Below, one piece after another: positions 1 through 12,339 of a DNA stretch of 64,000 bases. The translations under genes were made by a program, and so were the position numbers. The DNA is taken from the NCBI GenBank assembly GCA_964252035.1, contig OZ176203.1; one strand, written 5' to 3'. The stretch is from Podarcis erhardii (taxonomy: Eukaryota). Each line of letters starts with the position of its first letter. The stretch's first letter is position 1. The notes under the pieces are model-generated. The model was given only the letters and a program-made list of their open reading frames with translations, was not told the origin of the DNA and did not search any database.

Positions 1-167
1 ACTAGTTTTTGTTCTTCTCTTAAATAATCTTAGCCATTTTCTTTCTTTCTCCAAGGTTGCAACATTTGCTTTGACTTGTCAAAACAAAGATAGTAACTTG
101 CAATTAAGTGGACGAGGTGGCACAAGAGAGTGGTTAAATAAACATAGCTTTAAACATTGTCTTCCAG

Positions 168-245
168 GAATACAACAATTTCACTTTTCACAGTAGATGA
201 CTGTATGGTATCCATTGATCCTACCATGCCAGCAAACTCGGAAAG
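168..245 (+). CDS. PDE9A: PDE9A coding exon (human exon 3 equivalent), 78 bp; upstream exons lie outside the window
   Basis: ttccag|G...GAAAG|gtatgt; encodes (R)[25 protein letters not shown](R), matching human [26 protein letters not shown]. Confidence 0.96.
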
Positions 246-1304
246 GTATGTATGTTTTCCTATAACCAAAGCAAGTCCAGAAGAATAATGGTATTACTTA
301 TCAGTTGTATTTTATTTTATTATTTTATTTTATTTTTGTATGTAAGGCATAGAGAATATGCAATGGAAGACAGCAAACATTTACTAAGAGTTTCCCCCCA
401 GATCGAATCTCGTCCCAAAATAGCAACAGTCACATGCAATAAGGAAAGTGATTACACTGGAAATACACTGGAAAATGTGGGATAAAAATTGCTTGATACC
501 ACGCTGTGTAACCTCACTGCTAACAAATCAAAATGAATGCTCAACCAAGGCCAATACCATCTCACCTCTCCACAAAGTCTGTGCAACCAAATCAGGACAA
601 ATGCTCATTTGTTGTTAACAATTTATGTGTAAGTAACCTAAAACTAATGCAGCTCTAAGGTTCCTTTATTTATTTTTCCCCTTAAAATTATATGCATGAT
701 TACAGCATGTGTGGTTAGATTAGACTGGATTATTATAGCATATATCTGTGGAACAAAATGCTGCAAAAAAAAGTTAATGTGAAAATGCTTTTTTCCGTCC
801 CACTCAGTTTCCTCTGGAGACTCACATTTCCTAATCCTCCTTCTACTAAGAGAAGCAAACCAAAACATTATTCTGCACACAGACATTTTTGGAGGTGTGT
901 ACTCATTAATGCACAGCCCAAGGCTCTTCTTTTCCCAAAGCTCTTCATAATTTTCCCAGGCTTCTTATGATCTGCTCTGGTCGTGTTACTTCCCCCGCCC
1001 CCTGCCCCACTGCAGTTGCTTATGCTGCAAGTTTTATTCACCATTTTCTTCCCAGTCTATTCCTTGTGCTCAAACAGGGAATGTGCTGCAGTGATCAATT
1101 CATGTTTGTGTGGCTGCATGTGTTGTCGACACTGCTTGAACACAGCCAAGAGCCTGTGACACTCAAGCGGTAAGGTCTTTGTGAAATGTATGTTCTTTCC
1201 CTAATTAAATTTTGAGCACAACCAATTCTACGAGCAGCCCTTCTTCCTATGTTTCATGCATCATTTGAAAATGCAGGCTTTAACTTCCCTTTTGTCTCTT
1301 GCAG

Positions 1305-1348
1305 AACGCCATACAAAGTAATACCTGTGACCACTGGGCAACAAACAG
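1305..1348 (+). CDS. PDE9A: PDE9A exon 4 equivalent, 44 bp
   Basis: ttgcag|A...ACAG|gtaaac; (R)TPYKVIPVTTGQQT vs human TPYKVRPVAIKQLS; phase 2 in, phase 1 out. Confidence 0.93.
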
Positions 1349-3719
1349 GTAAACATTATTTTGTCCGAAATAAACTCTGGCATGTTTCTCAAGTTTGTAA
1401 ATCCATATTTAAATGGACTGTTGAATAATATTTCACCTACACAGGATTTAATCCAGAATAAGTTAGGTGCCTTTAAATCAACAGAAGACTTCACTTAAAT
1501 CTCCTTGGTTTTAGCTCTGTTCATCATATTTTCGCTGTGGGAGCTACGGTATGTTTTCATAGTATCAGCCCATAAATCTGCTATAACTTCTAAAGCTCTT
1601 TAGTACTGTGGTGGGAAAGGCCCTCAGAACTGGCACACACATAAACACAAAATCTGGTTGCCAGTGTTTAAATTTTACAGCAGGTACCCATGGAATGAAC
1701 TTGTGATAAAGCAGTACCCACAGCACTATTGCAACTCGTAAATGGCACCTAAGTTTTGTTGAAGTTAATGTTTGCAACTAAGGGCATGTCCAGGCTGTTG
1801 CTATTCTGTAGATAGTATTCAATCACAAACCAGGAATTCAGATTGCACAGCTGAAGTGGATTTGGTTGTCTTGCACAATGAACCAACTTCCTCCAAAATT
1901 CAGGCTTTTCCCAATCAGGAAAGTGAGTGGAAAACAGTGGAAAGTGTGAGATAACAATTGCTCAATGTAATGTGAAAAAAATCAGAACAAGTGCTCAAAA
2001 AGTAGCCAACTTTGCATACCCTTCCTGAAAACTTTGCACAAACAAAACTGGGGAAATAGTCAGTAGACAGGTGATCTGGAAGTGATGAGGCTTGCTGGAG
2101 CATTTCTGTTTTGAACTCAAGTACAAAAATGCCCAAGTTCAAATGGCAAAAGAAACCACATCCATTTGCATCATTTGTGAACGGCACACACATATTTAAA
2201 TGGCTGCGTTTTCCATGCAAGAAGCACAGAATTTTCGCCCAATCCTTTGCTCATGGCCAAAACCATTAGTGTTGAGTGCATTAGTAAACGGCCATTTAAA
2301 TACTCATGTGCCATTCACAATTCATAGTACCACATTGTAGGGTGTTGTTGCTATTTTTGCCACTTGAACTTGGATGTTGGTCATACATGAGTTCGAAATG
2401 TAAAGCATGGATCAGCCCTTCATACTGAAGGGTGGGTAAAGCAATTATCTGATGATAGTGATGATGATTATTAAAACATTTGAGGGGGGGTTGGTAAGAA
2501 AAAGTACCTTGTCCCCAATCCAGAGAAAAAAATCAGTGAAGTCCCACCAACTTCAGTGGGACCACCAGAACTAACTTTCTATGAATAAGGGTCATTATAT
2601 TTGCTTTTGGGTGTTCAGAGGTATAGACTGCTACCACTTGTGTTTTCAAACTTAAGGGCTGAAAAGGCACACTTCAAGAGAAAATATGAGACTCTGGGGA
2701 TTTCAGCTGAGAAAGGGAAAGAAACCTGCATGCTGAAGGCTCCTAACAAAATCACAAAAGCTGGCAGGCATGGAGCAAGCTAAGAAAGAAAACAGATGGC
2801 AAAGGAGAAGGCCAAAGAGGTAGTGTTTCATAAGCAGAGTTATCATTTCAGAAGCAGTTAAATTGCACCAGGCCTTTCCACAGAACTACACATGTAAGGG
2901 GAGAAGACTGAAAATGTTCAATTAAAATGGAGGCAATTCCAATGCAGAAGTACTTGTGGAATGGTTTTTTAAAACAATAATAATAGTTCCAAACAGCAGC
3001 AGTGCTATTCTCCATAGTAGTGCCTCGCCATTTATTGAGCCTCTTTTGTTTATTTCTTCTTAGTGCTTTCAATTATTGATTCCTTTATATTTTCATTCAT
3101 TCTTTCCCATTTCTGGATGGGAGACCACATCTAGTCATGGTGAAGCAAGGGGTTGAGTGGGAAGAGCAGCAGCCACAGCAGCATGACCATTGAAGCATTT
3201 CCTTTTTGGTGTCTGCTTAAAACCTTTTTCAAGTGAGGAGCACCACTCCACCTTCTCACCCATGTTACTGAGTGCCTCTTCAGAAAGTGAGCAGGTGATG
3301 AACAGGCAGCAACAACAAGAGTAAATAGGAGCAGGGGGCTTTGGGGCTGTGCCCCGTGCAGGACTGTGGCCTTCAGCGGGTGCCCAACAATTGTCTTGAT
3401 ACCAGTCTTGCTGGTGTGGAAAGATCTGTAGGAACAGGCCCGGTTCACCCATGAGGTGGAGTGAAGCTGCCGCCTCAGGCGGTGAAAACCCTTGAGTGCC
3501 CTACCCGCCCTGTTGCATCCACTAGTAGAGAAGCAGTGCAGCATTGGTGCAGATTTCCAGCAAGTTCTTGCCAAAATCTCATGGGATATTGTGGGGTACG
3601 ATGATCTCACGAAATTTCAGTGAGATCTCACTGGAAATTGGTGTGATCACACTGGAAATCAGTGTCGATTTCTCCACCAGTGGCACTTCCCATTTCTCCT
3701 CAAGAGGCAAAACAGGACA

Positions 3720-3750
3720 TGCTGCTGCTGCTGCTGCTGTTGCTGCTGCT
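3720..3750. repeat. (TGC)n microsatellite
   Basis: About 10 units, one interruption. Confidence 0.9.
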
Positions 3751-5277
3751 TAGGAAACAGCACCTAACAAAAAAAAACCTTGAACTGAAACAAGAATAAA
3801 TGGCTGTACCTTTTTTGTTCCCTAATGGGATATGAGGTAAGAGATGGCAGAGACTGAAGTATTCATCACTGCTTCTCTGTGGAGCATTAGCTTCCTATCA
3901 CATTGCCAGCGCATGTCATAGTCTCTTCATCTTACCTGGAAGCATCCTTGTCTACAGCTATCAGCTGTCATGTCTGTGCCCTTCCGTTGAGCATGCAAAG
4001 TTATCAAATAATTGACAGAAAACAAAGACGACAACAGTTTATCTCCAGGGACCTCAATAGGAATAGGAATGTTGGATCGGTAGAGATTTATACAGCTGTT
4101 CTGTTAGGAGGCTTGTGTAAGACACTGGGAACATGGCTCTTGATAGATGAGCCAATTTATGGTGTTTACGGAGCTTCAAGGGAACCCCACAGAGTCTGTT
4201 TAAAAATTAAAGATATGCCCTATTGCTCTTGTGCCAGTTTTGCGATCTGACACCAAGATTAAAGTGTCTAATTATGTCAAGACATGACACATTTGGATTA
4301 AGCAAGAATGTTTTGCTGGCAATTCCATCTCCATACAGAACACATCTCTCTCTCTTGTATTGACTCACAAGGCTTAAGATTTATCACAACAGTACTGGAG
4401 GTGGGAGTGGGAGGACTGTATACAACACTTCCATTGGCCTGGCTCCTGATTGCTCTTTTGAGTAAGGCTTTTTGAATCTCAACCCAGCCACATGAATTAT
4501 TCCCATGGAGTGGTAAAAATGAAAACCAGAAGTCAAGGGTAGGGCATTAGTGGTATGGAGTGTTGTTTTGTGTGCTTGGTCTACTGCCCAGTTGTATCTG
4601 TCAGGTGATCATGCCAAAGTTCATTCACAATCACTGCATCTGTAATATGAATTTGTCCAGCTGGTCATGCTTTGTCACAGGTCAAGCATAATTTGCCCGA
4701 GTAGTTATTATTTGACCAGGCTGCTTTGCAGATATATGCACAAACGTCCTTGCTTTTGCTCCTTAATCTTGATGATGACTGTGAATCTATGCAAAATACA
4801 AAGGCAGTTGCGCACATATATATATTCGTTAGTGTTAACTCTTTAACCTTTGGTGAAACTCTCATAGACAGCTGTGTGGCCAAACTGTGTCGCCAAACTA
4901 AGAGGCCATTTGGTGATTAACATCTCCATATGAGCCAATTTCCCAGTCATTTCCTGCAAAATTGAAATTGAAATCTGGATCAAAAATCTTCATGTGTGTT
5001 TTGTGTAAAGTGTGGGTGTTTATATTAACAAGTGGCTCTCTTCAGAAAGGGTGTTTTGGTCATGCTGTAACCTGCAGAGTGTCATCTAGTGGCAAAGTGG
5101 AAATGGGCCTTCTCTGTGGTGGCACCTACTTTAGGAATGCTCTCCCCACCTGGTTAATTGGGAGGCATCAACTGTAGTGTGTTCTGGATGCTTGCTTAGT
5201 TTATAGATCATTAATTCTCAGTAATTTGATATTGTGGATATTTGTGGCTATATTTTGTTTTAATGTATGTTTTAGAC

Positions 5278-5594
5278 CAGGGATGTCCAACATGTTGATT
5301 ATGATCTACTGATAGATCCCTGGTAGGTTTTGGTAGATCACAGTCGATCGCTGGGTCCTTTTCCTTAGCGTTGCCCCCTTGCCCCATCCTCCATTGCTGC
5401 ACGATCTGCAGAACAGAAGACAGAGTTTACTCAGTGAGGCTGTTTGTTTCCGCAGCAATTTCCCCCCAAACCCTTAAAAAACAGGGCTCCTCCCCAAAAA
5501 AAGCTTAACAACTTTGACTTGAACCCCCCAAAAACGGGGGTAGATCACTGTCAGTTTTTAATTCTGTAGGTCTCTTGGGAGTTGGCCACCCCTG
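5278..5594. mobile_element. hAT-type MITE with exact 8-bp TSD
   Basis: TIRs CAGGGATGTCCAAC / GTTGGCCACCCCTG; TSD TTTTAGAC at 5270-5277 and 5595-5602; inserted in an old L2 3' relic. Confidence 0.88.
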
Positions 5595-6281
5595 TTTTAG
5601 ACTTGCATGAAAAGAAGAGCTTGCTGGGTGAGGCCAATGGCCCATCTAGTCTAGAATCCTGTTCTAGACTATTGTAAACTGCTTCAGAATTTGTAAGCGG
5701 TCTAGAAATTAATTATTTTAAATAATTAAATGTGCATGCATGCAGCATGCATGTGCCATCATCATACGCTGGGAGAGTTTCTCAGGAAACAAATGAGCTT
5801 TTCTCCATATTCTGCAAGACAGTTAGTAAATGAAAATCCAATTCCGAATTAAGTCAAGACAAATTTGTGTTCTATAGAAGAAGCCTTTTCAACAGGGACT
5901 AGTTTTTTCACTTCTGTCAAAAATCCCATCTCCCACAGGACTCTTTAAAGGTGGAAAAAATTGTCCTCCTTTACAACTGCGTACCCTGAGTGCAGGCCAT
6001 TGATTCCACACCATCCACACAGGGTGGATAACATAAGAAGCAGGGAGACAGGTTTGCCCATGAGTCATACTTCTTTCTCTTGTATTCTTGAACAGTGCAG
6101 TTCTGCACAGTCCCTTAATCAGACCAGCTGCAGCTACAGTCTGTTCCCTACAAAACTATTCCAAGTGGTTCTTTGCAAAGGTAGCTGTGAAAGACCTTCA
6201 AGAGCATTTGAGGTATGTGCCGCTTCATTACAATGCATGTAAAATGAAAACCTGCATAGAACTATACTATACAGGAAAATA

Positions 6282-6445
6282 GGAAGCTGCCTTATGACAG
6301 ACCAGGTTGTTTGTCCATTCTTGCCTGTTTTCCAGGGTCTGTCCCATCACAAGCTAGCTGATCCTTTTAACCGGAGAATCTGGGGGTTAAACCCAAGACC
6401 TTCTCCATACAAAGCATGTGCTCTACCCCTGAACTTTCATCCCTA
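6282..6445 (-). mobile_element. Degenerate tRNA-derived SINE
   Basis: ggggttaaacccaagaccttctccatacaaagcatgtgctctacccctgaact is the reverse complement of a decayed tRNA A/B-box head; approximate ends. Confidence 0.55.
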
Positions 6446-7859
6446 ATTCATATTCATTGTAGCATTAAGCAGGTTTTCAGTCAGTTCAAGCACCTCTGCT
6501 TGCCCTGCAGAACAATCTCCCCTCCCTTCTCCTCCCCCCCCCCCCATGCACTGCTCTGACGGTTATCCTGACAAAGACCCTGAGCAAATTTGGTGGAGAT
6601 GGGGAGGGGGAGAACTCTGTTGTGCTAGCAAGAGTCCTTGCACTGTTGAAACGGGATAGAATCTGACCCACACCATTCTGCACTGTCTGTTGAACTTTCT
6701 GGAGCGCATCTTTATTATGAGCAGTGTTTCTGTTTGCAGAATTAGCATACATCTGTTTGCTGGCCGAATCTGAAGGCTAACGTAAGTTGGCCTTTGAGAG
6801 AGGGAGGTCAGAGAATATGCTTTGTTCCCACACTGCAGGTGTTGCATCCACAGCATGGGCCCCTGCTGAACGTTATGCACTCATTCTGGGAAGAGCTCCC
6901 ATTGACGTCAGACTAGAGAGACCTTGCTGAGAGTACGACATGCACAATAGGGAGTGACTGTGCAAAAGACACCCACACTGGAAATTCTGGGTTTTCCTTT
7001 GCAGCTGTAACCTATTAGCAGGCAGTCCTGCAAATCACCCAAATTTCACTCAAGAATATTGCATAGTGGTGGGGTGGGGTTGCATTTGCAAAAAGAAAAA
7101 GAAAAGAAGAAGCTTTTGAAAATATTCCTTGCGTACATCTAAGATCTTTTGGAGAAAACAAACTGTACAACTGTGGTCCATAAAAGTGGTGAAATAAATT
7201 TTAGGTGCACCATCAAAGTGAGCTGAAATAGGAACATTTTAACTGTAAGTCATCTAAAATTTTACTTTGTTTGTTTGTTTATAAAAACATTATTTATCTG
7301 CTAAGTCATAAGATGTATCCAAGTGGTTTACAAAGTGTAAAAAGTTGGAAAACCAATTTAAAAGTGAAAAATCATTTTGGGGGGATGAACTCAACACTAA
7401 ACTGTCTGCACAGGTCTGGCACAACAGAAAACTTTCCAGCAGGTATTAAAAAGTTGGCACAGAAGGCCTTCTTATCCTTCCTTTGAGGACGGATGAGGAT
7501 GAGGATTATCTCTAATTCTTACCCGCACTTCACTGTAAGTTACAGCAGTGGTCTGATAGATCACAGTACTGACCTGGGGCTCCTTTCTGTAACAAAATAT
7601 TTCTTTACTGCATGACATACATGCACAAGAAGTCCTAACAGCATCACTCCTTGTCCTCCAGAGCAGAGCTTTGAACACTATCTTTGCTGGTCATAAATAT
7701 TTACTGAACTCTGGGGTTATAAAAACATCCATCTTCCGCCTTACTGGGCTACAGATGGTGATGATACCAACTACTCAGGACTATATGCTGGAAAATTACT
7801 GCCGGCTGCCAGTGGATTGTTGCAGTATGAACTCTCACAGACTGTTGCAAAGAAGAGGA

Positions 7860-8425
7860 ATTTTCCCATAACAATTTCAGCCACAGTCTTGAGCAAGTGC
7901 GCCTTAGTTTCATCCAAACCGCATTACTGCAATGCACTGCATGTAGTGCTGTCATATTGGAGAAGTGTCCAGAAACCTCAGCAGCTTCAGAACATGGCAG
8001 GCAGAAGTCTTGGACTACCCTTTTTGCAGCAGCTTAATGGACCTCCTGCCTATTTCCAGGTTCAATTCAAAGTCCTGGTTATGATCTTTAAAGCCTTGGG
8101 CACCATCTCTCAACTAAGCATGACCACACATTAAGCTCAACAGGGGGTGCTCTCTGCGTGCTCTGCCAACATCTCCCAAGGCCTTCTGGCGGTTCCCTCC
8201 CTGCAAGAAGTGAGGTTACAGGGAACCAGGCAGAGGGCCATCTTGGTAGTGGCGTCTTCCCTGTGGAATGCCCTCCCATCAGATGTCAAGGAAATAAACA
8301 GCTATCTGACTTTTATAAGACATCCGAAGGCAGCCCTTTTTAGGGAGGTTTTTAATGTTTGATGTTTTATTATGCTTTTAATATTCTGTTGGGAGTCACC
8401 CAATGGGCAGGGTATAAATAAATCA
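7860..8425 (+). mobile_element. L2-clade LINE 3' relic
   Basis: Decayed ORF2 C-terminus (HYCNALHVVL...FQVQFKVLVMIFKAL), then typical L2 3' UTR (gtggaatgccctccc...gggcagggtataaataaat). Confidence 0.8.
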
Positions 8426-8599
8426 TCATCATCTGAGGGATGAGTGACTGGAGTGCAAGACAGGGCCTTTTCCGTGGTTGCACCACTCAGGGTTTGTTCA
8501 GAATGCTAACTGTCAAGGGAGGGATTTTTTTCAAGACTGCAGGTAGAAAGGGAAGATTGAAACCTCACCTCACCTGCATGCTGTGCTCTGATGATTATT

Positions 8600-8655
8600 A
8601 CACACACAGAGAGAGAGAGAGAGAGACAGACAGAGAGAGAGAGAGAGAGAGAGAG
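8600..8655. repeat. (CA)/(GA)n microsatellite
   Basis: Direct reading. Confidence 0.92.
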
Positions 8656-9449
8656 CCCTCTGATAATTTGTTTTTAAAAAGAAGAAAGCCAGAATATGAT
8701 TGCTTATCATGTCATTATGTAATATGTAGTTAGGCCTTCTTTCCGACTCCTCTGAGAAGTGCTCTCCATTTGAATTGCCTGCCAAGTAGGAAGCAGGAAC
8801 AAATCTCCCACACATTGTTTCCTGTCTATGGATAGTCTGCTTGCCTCAGCAATGATACATGCTATGGTAATTTTAGAACTTGGACCGATGGCACTTCCAG
8901 ATGACATGCTGATTGCACATTCATCCTGATTTGTTTGCAGGAAGGTTAGACCACATTGGCTGTTTAAGGAGCATCCTTTGCCAGAGAGGTTAGATGATGT
9001 TGTGTCAAAGCATGTGTTACCCGGCACTTTCCAGTGCATTTCTCCATCCCTTTCCTCATCACAAAATAATCCAATCTTCTGCATATACTATGTCTGAGCA
9101 CCTTGAGCTCCTTGCAGGGAAGGTGGGATATAAATTAAATTTCAAAAGTAAGTGAGTTTGTCATATAACTCCTCCCAGTCACTTGTAGTTGCACAACCTG
9201 AATTTGTCAGTATGTGATTGAATTTCACTAAAAAAAAAAACCCAAACAGCAGTCTATATTATGTTCTTAATGGTCAGGGTGAGGGATTTAGTCAACCACG
9301 TGTGTTACTTCACATAATAACTGCCCTTTTGTTTTATTTTATGGAGCACCTTTGCTGCTGCGAAGGAACCTGTCTGTGCCCTAAGGCAAGCATCAGAGGC
9401 CTGCACTTTAACTATTCACTGAGACAAGTCAGATTGGGGAGTGCTAAAG

Positions 9450-9585
9450 CAGGCATAGGCAAACTCGGCCCTCCAGATGTTTTGGAACTACAATTCCCAT
9501 CATTCCTGACCACTGGTTCTGCTAGCTAGGGATCATGGGAATTGTAGGCCAAAAACATCTGGAGGGCCGAGTTTGCCTATGCCTG
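9450..9585. mobile_element. Short palindromic hAT-type MITE, 136 bp
   Basis: TIR CAGGCATAGGCAAACTCGGCCCTCCAGATGTTTT and its inverse; TSD TGCTAAAG/TGCTAGAG; sits in an L2 relic. Confidence 0.9.
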
Positions 9586-10251
9586 TGCTAGAGACAGGGC
9601 CTTTTAAGTGGTGGCTCCTATTTTCAGTAGTGTCCCCATCCATTGTGATGTGTGCTTGGCTCCATCCCTTGGAGATCCGTTTCTTTGGGGCTGTCCTTGA
9701 GCAGTTTTCTTAATCATGCTTCTTGCTTATACATGATTCTCTTTTAAGTTTTACAGTTTTATTCTATTGGCTTGGACTTGATAGCAATTTTTATGCAGGC
9801 TGAAGAGTGTTTTAGAGGGTGTGTTAAGCAACTTGCTGTTCCTGATCTTTCTCTTTTTGTGATAAGTTTTAGTTTTGTTATTTCAATGGCATATGTGATT
9901 TATTGTATCGTATCTGAAAGCCACCTTGAAGAGACCTAATGTCGACAAAGACACAAAGAATTACGGTATATTTGGTCATGCTTCTTTGGAAAAATCAAAG
10001 TGCACTTCCCAGCTATATTTATATGTGGGCACGGGTGTGTGTGGAATACATAGTGATCTAGCTCATTAAGGTTGCCAACTCTTTTTCTGGCAGGGTTCCT
10101 GTGCCTTTTAACAGGTGTAGGAAAAGAAGTAGAAATTCAGGTGGCAAAGCTTACCTCAGGCTGCACCTGCTGAATTTCCACTTCTTACATAGCTGTAAGT
10201 TGGCAACCTTAATGAGCGAGATCACGACCTCACTCCCTTCTTTGGGAAATA

Positions 10252-10493
10252 CAGTGGTACCTCGGGTTAAGAACTTAATTCGTTCCGGAGGTCCATTCTT
10301 AACCTGAAACTGTTCTTAACCTGAAGCACCACTTTAGCTAATGGGGCCTCCCGCTGCTGCTGCACCGCCGAAGCACAATTTCTGTTCTCATCCTGAAGCA
10401 AAGTTCTTAACCCAAGGCAATATTTCTGGGTTAGCAGAGTCTGTAACCTGAAGCGTATGTAACCTGAAGTGTATGTAACCCGAGGTACCACTG
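10252..10493. mobile_element. Tc1/mariner (Tigger/pogo-like) MITE
   Basis: TA|CAGTGGTACCTCGGGTTA...TAACCCGAGGTACCACTG|TA, perfect 18-bp TIR with TA TSD. Confidence 0.92.
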
Positions 10494-11819
10494 TACACAA
10501 GAGGGACCCTGCCAGGAAAATAAAAGTTGGCAACCCCTATAATTCCCAGAGAAGCTTGAGAGTAATGCCAATAAAAATTGTAGAGCATTCTGCAAATAAA
10601 AAAAGGATATTTTTAAATAAGTAGCTGCAATCATTGGAAGATTGTTCCCATTTCACAGACAGTGATATGAGGTCTAGAAATTGAGTAAACAGTTACTGTT
10701 GATGCAAGGGAAATGGACCTTTGTCTCTTTAAGACAAGAGGAACTGCTAGTCATATATCTTTACTGTGTTGTGGGGTTATAAAAGCATACGTCTTCGTTC
10801 TTTTATTACATCTATAAACATCAGGCTGCAGTTGACTGTTCCCTGGATTAGAATGTCCTAGCACTTTAAGTGAGTTTTGACAGCGAGAGGGAGGGAATGT
10901 AGTACTTCTAGGGGTGGGTTTTTCCCCTTTCTTTTCTTTTTTTTAAAGTGGATTCTTTTTATAGGACCTTGTCACTTTCTTGTAAGCTTCAGCCGCTGCA
11001 AAAGTTCTGAGAGGCAATGAAACCAGGATATACCGGGTTCAGAGTTTGTTCTTCTTTGGCCTGTGTATAACATTCTGCTGTTTGTGAACGGTAAGCAGAA
11101 AGAAAAGTTTCGTGGTTTTGTTGAACACATTATTTATTTGAGTTCAGCCATTTGATTTCCAGCAGAAGTTTAAGCTGCTTTTTTTTTAAAAAAAGTGAAA
11201 GCTATTTACTTATCTAGAACCAGTCTTTCTGTTTACTGTTCTGCTTGCTGCATTGCTTGCTTAACAAAAATGAAACAAAGTGGAACAATGAGGGTCTTGT
11301 ATTTTACTTGTATTTGGATCTACTTTGATTTAGTGCTTTTGAAGCTTTGCTGGATTATTCCAATTCTGAGGTTCGTAGTAGCTAAAATAAAATATTTGCA
11401 AAAAGTAGGGGTGGGGGAAAGAGTGATATATCTTATTATGTACATCAGGACAATGAGAAAAGGCATGCCTTAATGAGAGCTGTAGCCAACTGGAATATTT
11501 TTTTAAATATTAGAATGCAATAATTCATCAGATATATGATCATTCAACTGTGTATTAATCTCATGAATATCTTCTTAGTATCCCCCCCCCATTAAGACTA
11601 GAGAGAACAAATGCAGGAAATTGCTACTTTAATTTTATCCTTGCATTATGATCTGGGCTTAGTAGCATTCAAAATATGGTTGAGTTTTACTTGAGCTGTT
11701 AATTTTGCTGTTACATAGAACACTGCAATCTGACTTTTAATATTTAAAACCAAATTAAAATAAGTAATTTTGTATTACACATCACATTTTCTAAAATAAG
11801 CAGCTGCAATAAGCTATAG

Positions 11820-12006
11820 CAGCAGTTCCCAAACTTTTTGAGTCGTAGAGCACTTTTTGGAAGAGAAATTCGTCATAGAGCACTATCGTCGTCCTTATGC
11901 CAAAGGCACATATTTATTTAATTTTCTTTCCAATTTCTTCATAGAGCACTTGGAGATGCTTTGCAGAGCACCAAGTGCTCCACGCAACGCAATTTGGAAA
12001 CTGCTG
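11820..12006. mobile_element. hAT-type MITE, older copy
   Basis: TIRs CAGCAGTTCCCAAA / TTTGGAAACTGCTG; TSD degenerate. Confidence 0.65.
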
Positions 12007-12339
12007 ATCTATTGTCTTTGGTTTATATTAGAAAGATATATTATATACCTCTGATTACCATATCCGGGAGGCATGAAGCTTTCCAGAGTTGGCTACTGTT
12101 AGAGATACAATCTTGCTCTGATTCAGCATAAGCATTTCTTCCTTAAAAAATATCTGTGGTCTGTGCATGATTTTGAAGCGCTTTCTGGTGGTACATCTCT
12201 TCCAAGACCAACTTACATTGCCTTCCATGCAGTCAGAAATTATTGTACAAATGCAACCCTGTTCCTAGCTTAGGAAAGCCTGCGTCTCTGAAATAGCAAC
12301 TAATGGGGGGGGGATTGATTCTAATAGATACATGCACAT

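Noticed and set aside
3131-3610. Overlapping 159-aa and 105-aa minus-strand ORFs
   Set aside because: They run through repeat-derived and low-complexity sequence with no homology and no convincing splice signals.
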